A stretch of DNA of 64,000 nt from an uncultured Candidatus Saccharibacteria bacterium. GTDB taxonomy: Bacteria; Patescibacteriota; Minisyncoccia; UBA6257; 1-14-0-10-40-38. Made by a program: the position numbers and the translations under genes. Shown piece after piece: positions 41,836 through 52,490 of the stretch. The notes under the pieces were generated by a model, which worked only from the letters and a program-made list of their open reading frames with translations, did no database searches and was not told the DNA's origin. The stretch covers positions 29,554-93,553 of the forward strand of contig CAZIWN010000002.1 of NCBI GenBank assembly GCA_964543265.1. Reading direction: 5' to 3'. The first letter of the stretch is position 1, and each line of letters starts with the position of its first letter.

Positions 41836-43345
41836 TTTGTTGAATATTTTTAGCGAGACTATCTAACAATATTTTTAAGCTATGATTATTTCTAACTATT
41901 TCTATAAAATCATTCTTGATACGTTTACGCTCTTCTGGTGATGTTTTAAATAAAAATTCAAGCTTATCCGCAAGGACCCTTGCATCTCCAGCAGGAAAAA
42001 CAAACCTATCATCAACTATTTTTGCAAAATCACTACTAGAAGCAACAACCAATAGCCCGCAAGCCATAGCTTCAAAAATAGTCTTATCAAACATACCATC
42101 CCTACTCAAATTAACAAAAAATTCATTGTTCTGATAAAAATTGACGGTCTCTCTCTTAGCTACTCCTGGAACAAAAACAACTCTATCATTAATGTTATAT
42201 TTTACTACTAATTCTTTTAAATAATCAGGATATTTAGAAGATTGATCGGATGGATCACCAACAATTGTTGCAGAAAATAATGCACCCCTCTCCTTCAAGA
42301 TACTTAAAGCCTCCAATAATATATGAATATTTTTCGACTCATCCAGTCTCCCCAAAGATAAAACACAATTTTCCAAAAAAGTTATTTTATTATTTGGAAC
42401 AAAAAAATCATCATCAACGCCAACTGGCATCTGTAAAGATTTTTTATAACGGGCAGTGTAAGAGAATTTTGATGTATAAAATACCTTATTACAAAACCAA
42501 GCAGCAAGAGAAGTCTTCCAAGAACCGGAGTAATGATTTCTCCACATAAAAATTTTTTTTCTAAACAAAATCCAGAATATTCCTCCAAGTAAAACATATT
42601 CCTCATTCATGTGCACAAACACGGCATCGTATTCTTTTCTTAAATTAAATATTAATCTATAAAAGTTTTTTAAATTTTTTAGCTTAGAAACTCCTGCCTC
42701 CTTGCCCAAAGAAAAAACATCTATATTTTCCGGCAAATTAAATTGTCCCCTATATAGACAAATTACTTTAATGCTTTCAAATCTTTTTGATAATTTTTCA
42801 ACCCAACCCTCCACAAATCCAAGAACAGAATCCTTATCATCTATTTTTTGAGTTATAAATAATAATCTATTAACCCTCATCTTGTGATCCCTGAATATAA
42901 TTTTTTTATAAAACCAAAAATTCCAAAGACCCACCAAAAATGCAGTAGTTGCCTGAGTCAGCACTAAACCATAAGATTTTCTATGAAAAAAACTTTTTAA
43001 TATACCAAAATCAAGAAAACGACCAAGTAGTGACGGTAGATTGAAAAATTCAACGAACAGATAAAACACAGCGGCATTTAAAAAAAGATTCAAAATAACA
43101 ACTCCTAAATACATAAGAACCTCACCCTTCATATAAACAGTTTCCTTATGTTTAAATGTCCAAAATTTTTGTAAACTAAAACTCACAAAAAAAGACAAAA
43201 TCAAGGCAATTGAGCTAGCCACAATATACCAAACCCTAAATTCCTCTAAAATAAATTTAAATATCAAAAGCTCAACCGAATAAGCCAAAAATCCAGATAT
43301 GGCAAATTTAAATATTTTAGTATCTTTAAAAATATTTTTTGTCAT
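41825..43345 (-). CDS. GtrA-like membrane domain fused to a GT4 glycosyltransferase
   Basis: KFAISG...SFSLQKFWTF...NF...K..IF (GtrA); then LLFITQKID, LGRL...KN, FDKTIFEAMACG. Confidence 0.85.
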   Translation of the reverse strand: MTKNIFKDTKIFKFAISGFLAYSVELLIFKFILEEFRVWYIVASSIALILSFFVSFSLQKFWTFKHKETVYMKGEVLMYLGVVILNLFLNAAVFYLFVEFFNLPSLLGRFLDFGILKSFFHRKSYGLVLTQATTAFLVGLWNFWFYKKIIFRDHKMRVNRLLFITQKIDDKDSVLGFVEGWVEKLSKRFESIKVICLYRGQFNLPENIDVFSLGKEAGVSKLKNLKNFYRLIFNLRKEYDAVFVHMNEEYVLLGGIFWILFRKKIFMWRNHYSGSWKTSLAAWFCNKVFYTSKFSYTARYKKSLQMPVGVDDDFFVPNNKITFLENCVLSLGRLDESKNIHILLEALSILKERGALFSATIVGDPSDQSSKYPDYLKELVVKYNINDRVVFVPGVAKRETVNFYQNNEFFVNLSRDGMFDKTIFEAMACGLLVVASSSDFAKIVDDRFVFPAGDARVLADKLEFLFKTSPEERKRIKNDFIEIVRNNHSLKILLDSLAKNIQQNGL

Positions 43346-43346
43346 T

Positions 43347-44456
43347 TTATTTAAAAGCTTTTTGCGCGCTAATCCAAGAATCGCGATACTTTTTCAAATA
43401 TTCGGCTTCCGATATTTTATAAAAACTATTAAAATTTTTTATCCTCTTGTGTTCTCTCATTTTAGAAATTAATATCTTTGAGGCTAGTCTTGGATCTCTA
43501 GGTATTATATCTGCTCCTACTTCACCAGCCACACCACAATCAACAGAAGCAACGGGACAACCCAAAGACATTGCCTCCACCATAGTCCTTCCAAACCCCT
43601 CATATAAAGAAGTTAAAAGCAGCATATCTGCACCAAGATAGTATGGAGATAAATCATTAACCCACTCCTCTATCACAACATTTGAAGAAATCCCTGCTTG
43701 TGCAGCCTTCTTTAAAATGAATTCTTTTTCACTCCCGCTTCCAACGATTAACAAAAGTATTCTCGTGCTACCAGATACGCCTCCCCTCTTTAGAATTTCA
43801 TCCATTATTTCTATAGCTAAACCAAAATCTTTTTCCTTTTCTAATCTCGAAGCCATAAGAATTATATAATCATAATTTTTATATTTTTGCCTTAAATCAA
43901 AAAGATTTTCTTGCCCTCTTTCTCTTTTCCAATCAGTAAGTATTGGAAGCACTGTGATAAAATTTTCCGATATGCCAATCTTCATTAAAGAAAATTTAAT
44001 CCTATTAGATACCACTCTTATCTCTGAAGCTTTTTTGGTTATTAATTTTCCCAAAACAACTCTGACATCGTTTAAAAATGATAGTTTTCTAAATAATGGA
44101 TTTAAAAAATCAGTATGAATTTGAATATGTAATGGTAGTTTGAATTTTTTAGCCAAAATTCTCGCAATTAAACCGCATTCAAAAGGATCCTGGGAAGATA
44201 CTATGTCTATTTTATTTTCTTTGATTATTCTTTTTCCTAAAAAATAAAATTTAAAAAGAAATCCCAACTTGTAAGAGTTTTTAGTCGGATATAAATATAA
44301 GCTGCCGTCACGCATAAAATCTAAACCATCTTTTTTATTACTTTTTATAACCACGTGAAGACCATCGCAAAGATCAGAATATTTCTTCAATCTTAAAAAA
44401 GTTTCTGAAGTTTTCGAGAAGGCATTTTTATCCGTTCCTAAAACTAATACTTTCAT
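43347..44456 (-). CDS. glycosyltransferase family 4
   Basis: QDPFE, SRLEKEK, TSLYEGFGRTMVEAM. Confidence 0.9.
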   Translation of the reverse strand: MKVLVLGTDKNAFSKTSETFLRLKKYSDLCDGLHVVIKSNKKDGLDFMRDGSLYLYPTKNSYKLGFLFKFYFLGKRIIKENKIDIVSSQDPFECGLIARILAKKFKLPLHIQIHTDFLNPLFRKLSFLNDVRVVLGKLITKKASEIRVVSNRIKFSLMKIGISENFITVLPILTDWKRERGQENLFDLRQKYKNYDYIILMASRLEKEKDFGLAIEIMDEILKRGGVSGSTRILLLIVGSGSEKEFILKKAAQAGISSNVVIEEWVNDLSPYYLGADMLLLTSLYEGFGRTMVEAMSLGCPVASVDCGVAGEVGADIIPRDPRLASKILISKMREHKRIKNFNSFYKISEAEYLKKYRDSWISAQKAFK

Positions 44457-44458
44457 TC

Positions 44459-45592
44459 TTATAAATTAAATAGTCTCAAAATTTTATCAGAGTAATCATT
44501 CCAAGATACTTGATATTTTATACTTTCCAGGCTTTTTTGATAAGCCTTATAATTCCTTTCATTAGCTAGATATTCGAAAATATTTAAAAGCTCTAATTTA
44601 TTAAAAGGATCAAACGTTTTAGCTTTTCCCTCTAAAAAATATTGAAAACCAGTTTCTTCGGTGCAAATAAACGGAGTTCCAACAGAAAAAGAGTCTAAAA
44701 CAGAATTTGGTGTCATATCAGATAATGACGGTAAAACATAAAGATAAGATTTATAAAGCTCTCTTAAAAAATCTGCCCTTAAAAGAGCTGGTCCAATAAC
44801 TATTCCAGCATTAATTCCGCCCAATCCCCTAACCCTATCTTCCAAATCTTTCCTATAAGGACCATCTCCTAAAATTTTTAATTTAAATTCTTTATGATCT
44901 TTTCTAAATTCTAAAAATACATCTATTAAAAAATCTAGATTTTTTAATCTCATTATTCTTCCAGCATATATAATCGTTTTTTCTCTATCTTTATAATTCA
45001 ATTCACTTTCTAATTCATTTTTACTTTCGTAAGGATTTTCTATAATTGAAATGCTTTTTTCATTTATGGAATAATTTTTAACAAAAACACTCTTTTGAAG
45101 CTCTCCGGAAAAAACAATCTTATATGCCCTGACCAATGAAAAGTTTATTAGATATTTAATAATTTTCTCCTTTAGAGATAAATTAGATTCATAATATTTC
45201 TTAAACATTCCAAAATAGGCGCCAGACTCAACAGCTTTCTCCCATAAAAAATCACCACCATTTCTAATAATTAATCTCTTTCTTAAAAATAAATTAGCCA
45301 AAACAGATGGAAATGCTGCTGAAAAATTATCTAAAACTAAAATAGCATCACATTTTTTACCAAGCCTAAGACAAGCAAAAAGATAATTTAGATGCCTAAA
45401 TTTAGATTTTCTAGAAATCCTAAAAACCTCAAACCCTTGCTCTAAAGAAGATTCAGAATTATCGGCGAAAGTTAAAACGGAAACTTTAACACCCCTCTCT
45501 AAAGACCAAATCTTGGCCAATCTTCTTGCGTATTCACCAGATCCGCCCAATTCTGGTGGATAAATTCCGGTGGCTATCAAAATTGATTTCAT
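44459..45592 (-). CDS. glycosyltransferase family 4
   Basis: ATGIYPPELGG, AGRI..LKN, LPSLSDMTPN..LD. Confidence 0.88.
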   Translation of the reverse strand: MKSILIATGIYPPELGGSGEYARRLAKIWSLERGVKVSVLTFADNSESSLEQGFEVFRISRKSKFRHLNYLFACLRLGKKCDAILVLDNFSAAFPSVLANLFLRKRLIIRNGGDFLWEKAVESGAYFGMFKKYYESNLSLKEKIIKYLINFSLVRAYKIVFSGELQKSVFVKNYSINEKSISIIENPYESKNELESELNYKDREKTIIYAGRIMRLKNLDFLIDVFLEFRKDHKEFKLKILGDGPYRKDLEDRVRGLGGINAGIVIGPALLRADFLRELYKSYLYVLPSLSDMTPNSVLDSFSVGTPFICTEETGFQYFLEGKAKTFDPFNKLELLNIFEYLANERNYKAYQKSLESIKYQVSWNDYSDKILRLFNL

Positions 45593-45593
45593 A

Positions 45594-47774
45594 TTATTGC
45601 CTTAAAGTCGAAATAAAATCTTTCATTTCTTCTCTTAATATATTCCAATCATACTTACCCCATACAAATTTAAAAGCCTTCTTAGACAAATCATCTCTAA
45701 GCTCTTTATTGTTTAAAATTAAAATTATTTTATTAGCCAAATCATTTTCGTCTTCTATTTTCATCTCTAATCCATTTTCACCATCCCTTAAAAAATCCGC
45801 TATTCCTCCAACTCTTGGAGCTATTATTGGCAAACCAAGAGCCATAGCCTCCAAAAAAGAACTTCCCAACCCCTCAGATCTAGATGGCCTAATGAAAACA
45901 TATGCCTCTCTTAAAAAATCTGGAATTTTATCATATTCAACCTGCCCCTTAAATGAAACCAAATTAGAAATTCCCAAATCAAAAGCTAATTTTTTTAAAT
46001 TATCTTCTTCTGGACCACTACCCGCAATTTCTAAAACCGAATTAAATTTCTCCTTAGAATTTTTTGCTAAATCTCTAGCCTTGGCAAAAGCTTTTATTAA
46101 AATATCTATGCCATTTTTATTAACCAATCTAGAAGTTGTTACTATTCTTTTAGCACCAACAAAATTAATGGGCAAATCAAAATCTTTTTTAAAAACCTCG
46201 AAATCAACTCCATTAGGAATTATTTTAATTTCTGATTTAGCCCCATGTTTTTTAGCAAATTCTCCCAAATAAGAACTTATAACTTGAATTTTATCCGCCT
46301 TTTTGAAAATCATTTTCCATAAAGGATAAAATATACCCACCCTTCTTAATATGTGACTTTCGGAATCTCCCTCCTGTAAAGTTAAAATAAAAGGAATCTT
46401 TGGATGTCTCAATTTAAACAATAGCGCCGCAAATCCTCCATAAGAAGCCATCATTCCCCAAATAGCGTCGAATGGCTTTTTTTTATGCTCAATCTCGGCT
46501 CTTCTCCAGGCCCTAAAAACATAAAGTATTTTTTCGAAACGCCTACCATAATAATCTCCAGATCCTCCCCTACCAACGCGAATTATGCTCGCACCAGAGT
46601 TTTCATCTATTCCCTCCCATTCAGCATTAAATTTATTGGTAAAAATTTTAAATCCAAAAGGCATTCTCTTTATAAATTCTCTAAGAGCAATTTCAGCTCC
46701 ACCCTCAAAAGGAAAATATGCCAAAGAAAAGACTGCAATATTAGAATTGTCCGCAAAAATCTTTCTTGTTACTGAAGAAGAAAACTCGGTTATTTTTTCC
46801 TCTTCCAAACCGACTAACCAATCCTGATTTTTCAAAAACCAATCTATAAATATTTTAACTCCATCCTCAATTTTAACTTTTGGCTTAAATCCAAAATCCT
46901 TATTTGCCCTCGAAGTATCGGCGATGGTAGCCGGAACATCTCCAGACTGAATCGGCATCAATTTCACCTTAGCTTTAATTCCTAGATTTTTTTCAATTAA
47001 ATGAACAAATTTTTTAAGAGACGTTGAGTCTGGCCCTCCAAGATTATAAATCTTACATCCCCTTATATCTTTTTTAATTATTCCCATTATTCCATCAACA
47101 ATGTCGCTTACGTAAGTGAAATTTCTCGTCATCTCTCCATTATTAAAAAGCATTATCTCTTTTCCCTGAATAATGTTTTTAGCAAACTTAAACAAAGCTA
47201 AGTCTGGCCTTCCATATTCTCCATAAACCGTAAAAAATCTTAAGCCGACAGTATCCATTCCCGACAAGTTATGATAAGAATATGCCAAGAGTTCATTAGC
47301 TCTTTTAGAAACTGCATACATAGACATCGGACTGCTAACGTCCTGACTCTCAGAAAAAGGCATTTCTTTATTGGCTCCGTAAACGGAACTAGAAGAAGCG
47401 TATAAAACTTTTTTAATACCCAAAGCCCTAGCTCCCTCGAAGATATTTAATGTGCCAATATAATTAGACTCTGCATAAGCCCAAGGATTTATTAATGAAT
47501 ATCTAACACCCGCCTGAGCAGCTAAATGAATTATTAAATCTGGTTTTTCTTTAGAGAAAATATCCTTAAGTTTTTCATAATCAACAATGTTTGTTTTATA
47601 AAATTTAAACTTTGGAAATTTACCTAAAATATTATTTCTGGCATATTTCATCCTCACATCGTAATAGTCTGTTATACAATCAATTCCAACCACACTCCAC
47701 CCCTCAGACAACATCCTCTTAGCAAGATGAAAACCTATAAATCCAGAAGTTCCGGTAATGAGCGCTTTTTTCAT
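45594..47774 (-). CDS. UDP-glucuronate 4-epimerase-like SDR fused to a GT4 glycosyltransferase
   Basis: GTSGFIG, HLAAQAGVRYS, YAVSK, RFFTVYG..GRPD; after ~330 aa FSLAYFPFEGGAE, SRLV.KNG, SRSEGLG..FLEAMA. Confidence 0.9.
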   Translation of the reverse strand: MKKALITGTSGFIGFHLAKRMLSEGWSVVGIDCITDYYDVRMKYARNNILGKFPKFKFYKTNIVDYEKLKDIFSKEKPDLIIHLAAQAGVRYSLINPWAYAESNYIGTLNIFEGARALGIKKVLYASSSSVYGANKEMPFSESQDVSSPMSMYAVSKRANELLAYSYHNLSGMDTVGLRFFTVYGEYGRPDLALFKFAKNIIQGKEIMLFNNGEMTRNFTYVSDIVDGIMGIIKKDIRGCKIYNLGGPDSTSLKKFVHLIEKNLGIKAKVKLMPIQSGDVPATIADTSRANKDFGFKPKVKIEDGVKIFIDWFLKNQDWLVGLEEEKITEFSSSVTRKIFADNSNIAVFSLAYFPFEGGAEIALREFIKRMPFGFKIFTNKFNAEWEGIDENSGASIIRVGRGGSGDYYGRRFEKILYVFRAWRRAEIEHKKKPFDAIWGMMASYGGFAALLFKLRHPKIPFILTLQEGDSESHILRRVGIFYPLWKMIFKKADKIQVISSYLGEFAKKHGAKSEIKIIPNGVDFEVFKKDFDLPINFVGAKRIVTTSRLVNKNGIDILIKAFAKARDLAKNSKEKFNSVLEIAGSGPEEDNLKKLAFDLGISNLVSFKGQVEYDKIPDFLREAYVFIRPSRSEGLGSSFLEAMALGLPIIAPRVGGIADFLRDGENGLEMKIEDENDLANKIILILNNKELRDDLSKKAFKFVWGKYDWNILREEMKDFISTLRQ

Positions 47775-47852
47775 AAAATCTATATAATATAGCTATCTTT
47801 CTTTAATTAAAACCTTTCCTTGAAATCTACAGTTTTATAACAATAATCTTAT

Positions 47853-49007
47853 ATGAAAAGTCATAAAACTAAAATCCTCTATATAATAACCAAATCTGAC
47901 GTAGGCGGAGCTCAAAAATACGTGACCGACCTCTCAAATAATATTAATCCTGATATTTTTGAATCAAAAATAATTTATGGCGGACAGGATATAAAATCTC
48001 TATCCAACAAAACAAATCCTGGCTTATTTTTTTGGAATGATTGGAAGGCTATTTTTGAAATAGTAAAAATCTTAAGAAAAGAGTCTCCAGACATTATTCA
48101 TCTTAATAGCTCTAAAGCAGGAGTTTTAGGATCTCTCGCTGGACTGATTTATAAAAAAACCACTAATCAAAAATTAAAAATTATTTTTACTGCTCATGGT
48201 TGGATATTTAATCCTCAAAATAAGATTTCAAAATTAGAACATTTTTCCTACATAGCCCTCCATAAAATCTCTAGTCTTTTTCAAGACATAGTTATTAATG
48301 TCTCAAATTACGATAAAGAAATCGCTCTAAAATTTAACATAGCCAATCCTAAAAAATTAAAAGTAGTTTGGAATGGAATATACGAAAATATTAATTTTTT
48401 AAAGAGAGATGAGGCTAGAACGTTATTGCTTAAAAAAATACAAAACCAATCCCCAATCAAAATCACTCCAACAGAATTTCAAAACTCCAACATGGTAGGA
48501 TCAATCGGCAGACTAGTTAAAGAAAAAGATTATGAAACCCTAATCAAAGCTGCAAAACTAACAAATGAATCTATTTTTATAATTATTGGCGACGGATACG
48601 AAAAAGAAAAATTAGAAAATTTAATCAGATATTTTTCCTTAGAAAACAAATTTTTTCTTATCAAAAATGAAGGTAATGATGCTAGGTTTTTAAAAGCCTT
48701 TGATGCCTTTATTTTATCTTCTGTAAAAGAAGGTCTCCCCTACACATTAATAGAGGCGATGTCTTCTATGGTTCCAGTTATAGGAACTAAAACTGGCGGC
48801 ATAACAGAAATAATTAAATCTCAAAATTCAGAAAATGGAATCCTGGTAAATGTTAAAAATCCTCAAGAAATTACCCAGGCCATCGAAAATCTGAGAACCA
48901 ATCAAAATTTAAGAGAAAAGTTAACTAAGAATGCTTATAGCTTTTTTAAGAATCATTTAACTCTTAAGAACATGGTTCAGAGTACAGAAAAAATCTATCT
49001 AGAATAA
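47853..49007 (+). CDS. glycosyltransferase family 4
   Basis: ITKSDVGGAQ, HLNSSKAG, FTAHGW, SSVKEGLPYTLIEAM. Confidence 0.92.
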   Translation: MKSHKTKILYIITKSDVGGAQKYVTDLSNNINPDIFESKIIYGGQDIKSLSNKTNPGLFFWNDWKAIFEIVKILRKESPDIIHLNSSKAGVLGSLAGLIYKKTTNQKLKIIFTAHGWIFNPQNKISKLEHFSYIALHKISSLFQDIVINVSNYDKEIALKFNIANPKKLKVVWNGIYENINFLKRDEARTLLLKKIQNQSPIKITPTEFQNSNMVGSIGRLVKEKDYETLIKAAKLTNESIFIIIGDGYEKEKLENLIRYFSLENKFFLIKNEGNDARFLKAFDAFILSSVKEGLPYTLIEAMSSMVPVIGTKTGGITEIIKSQNSENGILVNVKNPQEITQAIENLRTNQNLREKLTKNAYSFFKNHLTLKNMVQSTEKIYLE

Positions 49008-49030
49008 TAATATAGCATTAATAATAGACA

Positions 49031-49070
49031 AAAAACAAAAAGCCCCGCTTTCGCGGGGACTTTTTGTTTT
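49031..49070. terminator. bidirectional terminator
   Basis: AAAACAAAAAGCCCCGC-TTTC-GCGGGGACTTTTTGTTTT between convergent genes. Confidence 0.85.
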
Positions 49071-49094
49071 GAACATAACCTCTCTAACAAGCGA

Positions 49095-52000
49095 CTATTC
49101 GAATGAAACAGTGCTTGTGATTGGGATAATTCTGTCTTCGAGATATAAGGTCTCAGAAGCTGAATTTCCTTGAGATGACCATGTCAAAGCGGAGCTGCTT
49201 CCTAACTGCCATGACAAGCTGTCAGAAGTATTGGCAACGTTAGCAAATGCAGTCGAATCAACTCTCAACTTGAACACTTTGGATGTTCCTTGTGTTACAA
49301 GATAAGGAGTTGGAAGAGTCATTCCTAATCCAGTTGTTGTCGCATTTGTTGCGCTGGTGGTAGAAGTGATTGTGCTTCCTGTATCGCTGTCTACAAGTGA
49401 TAATGTTATGCCAGTTGCTCCAGATCCTAGGGCTGCACCAGAGAACTTGATTTGGAGAGTCTTTAACTCAACACCGTAATTTGCATCAGCGGTTATGGTT
49501 ATAGTTCCAATATCATCGTTCGCCTGTCTGGTTCTATTAGAAGTTGCTCCTAATGTTCCCAAGGCAGGGGTAAGCTTTGTTCTCAAAGCAGTTTGAATGT
49601 TTGAGGTCAAAGTCTGTGTGCTGCTAGAAGTTGTAGCAGTAACTTGCGTGTTCGAATCAACTCCGAAAGCTTTAATATCACCTCCTAATGTTGGAGTTGT
49701 ACTCGCAGAATTAATGGTGAATTGATAAAGCTTATTATGAGATGAGGTTGAATTCGTGAACGAAGCAACGTCTCCCTTCAAGGTATATGTCTTGGTTGTA
49801 TTCTTTGGAACAATCATAGAGCTTCCGAATGAAAAGTCAGAAGTATAATATGATGTCGAAGAAGCGACCAAAGAAGTTCCCGTTGGGCCAACTTGTGTAG
49901 CTCCGTCAAAGAATCTTAGATTGCTGAAAGTAGCAGGAGCTCCAGCAGATGTAGAAGCTGTAATTCTCAAGGTATCAAGTCTGATATCTTCATTATTATC
50001 AGCTGTAAATCTGAATTGAGCCAATGTTACACCATTTGATCCTAATACTATCTGTTGAGCAGATGGAGTAGAAGTATCAACTGTAGCAGTCAAAGTTCCA
50101 GCAGAAGCAACAACTATGTTTTGTCCATAGATTGGGTTAGATGAAGAAACAGCTGCACTGGTTGTTGCCAATGTCTGACTGCTTCTTGTAACAGCCCCAA
50201 CTCCAGTTGCTCCAGTGATTGATGTTGGAGCGCTGTATGTTGCAGCAGATGAACCGCTCAAAACATCTCCATAAACATCAAGGGTAATAGATGATCCGGC
50301 TGGGATCAAAGTTACGCCATTTGGTGATGTAAATGTGTATGCAGTAGAAGCGGCCAACGTTGGAACGTTATAGTTCCATTCTGTTGAACCATTCTTAACT
50401 CTCAAGTTTTGGACCTTCAATCCCGATGTAACATCCGAGGATGTTTTAACCGTGACATTGCTGACTTCAATTCCTTCAGCCGAAGAAGCTGAGAATGAGT
50501 ATGAACCCAATTTTCTCATTTGTCCTCCAGCTACATAGGTCTGAGCTCCAAATCCAGTGTTTTGTGAGGCCAAGAATGGAGAAGCAATGATTGTCAAAGC
50601 TGATCCATCCAATGTTCCTCCTGGAGCAGAAGCAGTCTGGAACGAAACTTGTCCTTCTATGTTAGATCCAGTAAATCCGGATGTTCCTGAAGGAGCAACT
50701 AATGATCCCTTAATAGAGCTAGAGGTTGCAGTTGTAGGAATTTCTACCTTCAAGCTCAACACTCTTGTAGTATTAGCTGGAATTATATAGTTGACGTTTG
50801 AAGAACTAGAACCAAATGAACAAATATAGGTTGCGCTCGTAGCTGCTGTTGCATATTCAGCAGTTCCATAAGTGCAAGATGATAATGTTCCAATTTCAGT
50901 TCCAACCTGTATTCCGTCATCTCCAACTAAACTTACGGCTCCAATTAAGCTGTCAATGTTTCCAGAGGAAACGCTAACTCCAGCAGTTGTGCTTGCTGTG
51001 AAGGTTAGTTTAAATGGTAACCATTTAATTCTAACGGCTTCTCCAGAAGCTCTAAGGTCAAATTTAGCCAAGGTAACATTTGTTGATCCCTTAGCAATAT
51101 TGCCTGTTGGGGTATTAACGTTTGTAGAAGCGGTTACTGTTCCAGCTCTTACTGTAACTTCCGTTGCAGAAGATGATGGTGTTCCACCGCTAATATTGGT
51201 GTTGTACTGTGTATCAGTTACAACCCAATCATATGGTCTCTGTAATTCAATCTTAACTGTTCTATTTGGAGTTCCAAGTACATCAAAGAATAAATCCATG
51301 ACGTGTGTTCCAGTTGTTAAGACTGGAGCGTTGGAAGCCATATCGAAAGTGATTTTTCCAGTAGCATCGGTGGATGCAGCTGTTCCAACAACTTTTCCAT
51401 CAATCATTAACTGGAAGTTTCTTGTATCGCTTCCTTTATTATTAGATCCAGTATCTCTCAAGGTTACATTACTGACCTTAATCGGGCTGTTTGAAACAGA
51501 GATTGTCCAAGCAGCTCCCCTGAATCCCATTGTTCCGGCATCAACAGTAGAAGCAACTCCTGTGTATGCAAAAGTTGCAACTGATGCTAATGATGGATTG
51601 GAAACGCTGGTAGTTACGAAGTTACCTCCATTGATTGGGAAGCTTCCTCCGACAGATCCAGTTGAAAGAGTGATATCAGATGCATTGGCCAAAGTGAACG
51701 ACAACGTATTACCGTTAGAAGCTCCTGTGGACATATCCATTCTGAGCCAAACATCAACAGTCTGACCTGCTGGGACTTCAAACAAATTTCCAGAGAAATT
51801 TACCATTCCTCCAGACAAGCTGTTGTACTGAGCAGCAATTGAACTGCCTACAGACAAATAAGCATTGGTAATGTTTGAATCTGAAACTACACCAGTCTTT
51901 AAGAATTTAGCTCCTGTGACCCAAACGTTTTGGTTTGTGCCGTTAGAAACTTTAAAGTTTAAAACTGGAATTTGAGCTGCGCCAGAAATAACTGATCCTC

Positions 52001-52490
52001 CAACATTAGATCCAGGGACGATAGTTACTTGTCCAGTAACAACTGGGGTAACTGTTGTTCCTCCGTTTCCTGTTGATGGAGTATATACAGCCATTGAAGC
52101 ATAAGCAGCTCTTGATTTAGATCCGAAATATCCTACAGCTGGGCTGATTCCGGAAGCAGATTGCCAAGCGGCAACTGCAGCTTTAGTCAAAGAACCGAAA
52201 TATCCCGTTGCGGAATAATTCAAGTGTCCTTTTGCTCTCAAGACATTCTGTAAGCAAGTAACATCATCTCCCTTAGCACCAACGGTGAGGTCGCGGGTGA
52301 AAGTGCAAGAAGCTGCTGTTGAAACAGAGGATCCTGATTGTAAAGCTACAAGCTGGGCTTGTAATTGGGCGATTTGCTGCAACAAAGCACTGATATCAGT
52401 TGTTTGAGCAGAAACCGATCCAACCAATACTGATCCAGAAAGCCACAAAACTGTCGCTAACACTAACATTCTAGAAAATATTTTACTCAT
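49095..52490 (-). CDS. large Ser/Thr-rich cell-surface (S-layer-like) protein with N-terminal peptidoglycan-binding domain
   Basis: Signal peptide, LLQQIAQLQAQL coil, FTRDL.VG..GDDV..LQ..L...GYFG.LT.AAV..WQ PG-binding domain, repeated beta-sandwich units; strong promoter and terminator. Confidence 0.8.
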   Translation of the reverse strand: MSKIFSRMLVLATVLWLSGSVLVGSVSAQTTDISALLQQIAQLQAQLVALQSGSSVSTAASCTFTRDLTVGAKGDDVTCLQNVLRAKGHLNYSATGYFGSLTKAAVAAWQSASGISPAVGYFGSKSRAAYASMAVYTPSTGNGGTTVTPVVTGQVTIVPGSNVGGSVISGAAQIPVLNFKVSNGTNQNVWVTGAKFLKTGVVSDSNITNAYLSVGSSIAAQYNSLSGGMVNFSGNLFEVPAGQTVDVWLRMDMSTGASNGNTLSFTLANASDITLSTGSVGGSFPINGGNFVTTSVSNPSLASVATFAYTGVASTVDAGTMGFRGAAWTISVSNSPIKVSNVTLRDTGSNNKGSDTRNFQLMIDGKVVGTAASTDATGKITFDMASNAPVLTTGTHVMDLFFDVLGTPNRTVKIELQRPYDWVVTDTQYNTNISGGTPSSSATEVTVRAGTVTASTNVNTPTGNIAKGSTNVTLAKFDLRASGEAVRIKWLPFKLTFTASTTAGVSVSSGNIDSLIGAVSLVGDDGIQVGTEIGTLSSCTYGTAEYATAATSATYICSFGSSSSNVNYIIPANTTRVLSLKVEIPTTATSSSIKGSLVAPSGTSGFTGSNIEGQVSFQTASAPGGTLDGSALTIIASPFLASQNTGFGAQTYVAGGQMRKLGSYSFSASSAEGIEVSNVTVKTSSDVTSGLKVQNLRVKNGSTEWNYNVPTLAASTAYTFTSPNGVTLIPAGSSITLDVYGDVLSGSSAATYSAPTSITGATGVGAVTRSSQTLATTSAAVSSSNPIYGQNIVVASAGTLTATVDTSTPSAQQIVLGSNGVTLAQFRFTADNNEDIRLDTLRITASTSAGAPATFSNLRFFDGATQVGPTGTSLVASSTSYYTSDFSFGSSMIVPKNTTKTYTLKGDVASFTNSTSSHNKLYQFTINSASTTPTLGGDIKAFGVDSNTQVTATTSSSTQTLTSNIQTALRTKLTPALGTLGATSNRTRQANDDIGTITITADANYGVELKTLQIKFSGAALGSGATGITLSLVDSDTGSTITSTTSATNATTTGLGMTLPTPYLVTQGTSKVFKLRVDSTAFANVANTSDSLSWQLGSSSALTWSSQGNSASETLYLEDRIIPITSTVSFE

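Noticed and set aside
45526-46272. 248-aa plus-strand ORF
   Set aside because: Antisense shadow of the epimerase-GT4 gene with no recognisable motifs.
50557-51765. 77-aa and 297-aa plus-strand ORFs
   Set aside because: Antisense shadows explained by the biased codon usage of the S-layer-like gene.
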